Shown piece by piece: positions 62,164 through 64,000 of a stretch of DNA of 64,000 nucleotides; position 1 is the stretch's first letter, and each line of letters begins with the position of its first letter. The position numbers were made by a program, and so were the translations under genes. The notes beneath the pieces are model-generated. The model saw only the letters and a list, made by a program, of their open reading frames with translations. It searched no databases and was not told the DNA's origin. Origin of the DNA: Epiperipatus broadwayi (taxonomy: Eukaryota > Animalia > Onychophora); NCBI GenBank assembly GCA_028023455.1, contig JAQFVV010000007.1:14198001-14262000 (forward strand). The letters run 5' to 3'.

Positions 62164-64000
62164 TACTTTTTTTATATCTTTTTTTAAAAAACAACAACAA
62201 CAACAATGTTAAACAACATACTTAAGTAATAATATTTGCTCATAATCACTGATATATCATTGCTCAAACTATTTTTTTAGTGCCCATTTGATATACATAA
62301 ATTAAAAACATGCATTTTTAATATACAGGGAGACTCTTAATCCAAAATATCTAGATCTAGAATAGTATCTTTTACATTTACCAATTTTTCAGATTTGAAG
62401 AATACATTTCTTGCTTTCTTTTTTACTAATAAATTGAAGTAGAAATTGTTAATAATGCCAAAGTACTTCAAAATGCAGGATATACATATATTTATATAGT
62501 GAGGAAAATTTTATATAATAGTAATTCTAACAATAAATCACAACTATACTTTGTAATTTGGTCTGGGTCATATATGATTTGAATTAGGATTATTTGATTA
62601 ATGACAGTCTACATGCTCTCATAAATTAGGTTGGAATTTAATTTTCAGTAAGCATGTTTTACATGAAATAAGGTTAATGTTAAACTAAGTCACTATTTGG
62701 GTAAATAATAGCTTGGCCATCCTATAAGCTTTAAGCTGATCACTTTTTTAAAAATTAAACTATTAACTATATCATTGTAGGATATAAATGGCATAACTAA
62801 ATTACTTTTCCCCAAGAAAATAACAGACAAAGCCTAATAAATCAATAGAATGTATAATTTGTTATCAAGTCAATCTCTTGATAACAGATTGTAGATTTTA
62901 TTGGTTCATTAAGCTTTGGCTGTTATCGAGTGAATTATATTTGAAAACCAGCTGACTATTGATAAGTTCTGGTTTAGTATATATATCCACTTAGGTTTGT
63001 ATATTTTTCTACACTAGTGGATGTTGTGATATGCTGAAAATGAGAAGAAAAATATACTGACAAAAAAAAAAAACATTTATCTATAGTGTAGTAATTGGTC
63101 ACCTGTCCACGAGATGTTAAAAGTTGATAGAAACCTGACCCTACCTTTTATGAGAGGGCTATATGATTTTATGATAAGCATTTATTCACTTCCAAAAAAC
63201 GATTTATTTAGAATGCTTCCAATCTAGAAAGTCATATTTATAGCATTTAAACTCAGCCGGTGACCTTTTAGGTTGAAAACGTCGCTAAGTAATTTATTCT
63301 TTAACATCTAAATAAATTAATAATTTCTTTGGAAGTGAATGGACGCTTATCATAGATTTACATAGAAATGACAAAACGTTGTTATAGAATTAGAGAGTGC
63401 TTAATGGAGAATGTATGAAAACAGTATAGTGAAAAAATATTCAGCGGTCAATTTGGGCATAAGATTAAAATTGGTGTTTCCATAAGCTTTTGATTACATG
63501 TCCCACAATGTGTAGCTACTTTTTTAAAATGCAAATAAATGTGTAATTACTTTGCATCATCTTTTCTTAAGAGATTACTGGCCAATGCAAAAATCATTAC
63601 TGGTGTAATATCTAACTTAGCCTATCTTCATTTCAAGAACTTAACATATATACATACAAACATCATTTATTTAAAATATTTTTTAAAATTACACTTTATT
63701 TATTCAATGGTAAAAAAAAAAAGGATTCATCTCACAGTTATCCCTTGGGTTATATTTTCAATATTAAATGGAAGAATACCAATAAAGTGTTATTTATTAA
63801 AGTGTCATTATAAACATCTGGAATCTATTTCATTAGTTTTTTAAAACATCTATTGATTGTGAATATCAATGTTTTAAAATTATGGGGTATATTTTAAGCT
63901 ATAAGTGCTTATTATCTAAAGTGATTGAAAATAAAGTATCTTCTCAACCGGCCACATATAGATCGGTTTTTTTAGCGCTCCTGTTTATTTATTTGAGTGT

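Overview
Very AT-rich, CpG-depleted eukaryotic DNA, most likely animal, and dominated by decayed repeats. I found no intact protein-coding gene, rRNA, CRISPR array or prokaryotic operon. Non-LTR retrotransposons: a near full-length dead L1/Tx1-type element with 16-bp TSDs (5690-12009), a 5'-inverted truncated relative (34314-35229), two copies of another LINE 3' end with an (ACATC)n tail, and many RTE remnants. There are three Penelope-like (PLE) RT/GIY-YIG remnants, two tRNA-derived SINE families, piggyBac-like, MITE-like and Helitron-like repeats, and weak host-exon candidates at 49-60 kb. The most notable signal is RNA-level: by manual reading, about 19 hammerhead-ribozyme (HHR) motifs from several families. 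They occur as divergent foldback cassettes, as a 339-bp retrozyme-like tandem (13.6-14.3 kb), as a near-intact type I HHR (33967-34013), and in a PLE terminal repeat that places a tRNA-like A/B-box module directly upstream of the HHR (5 arms at 3 loci). All calls are from manual reading, with no database searches or folding runs, so boundaries of old repeats are approximate.
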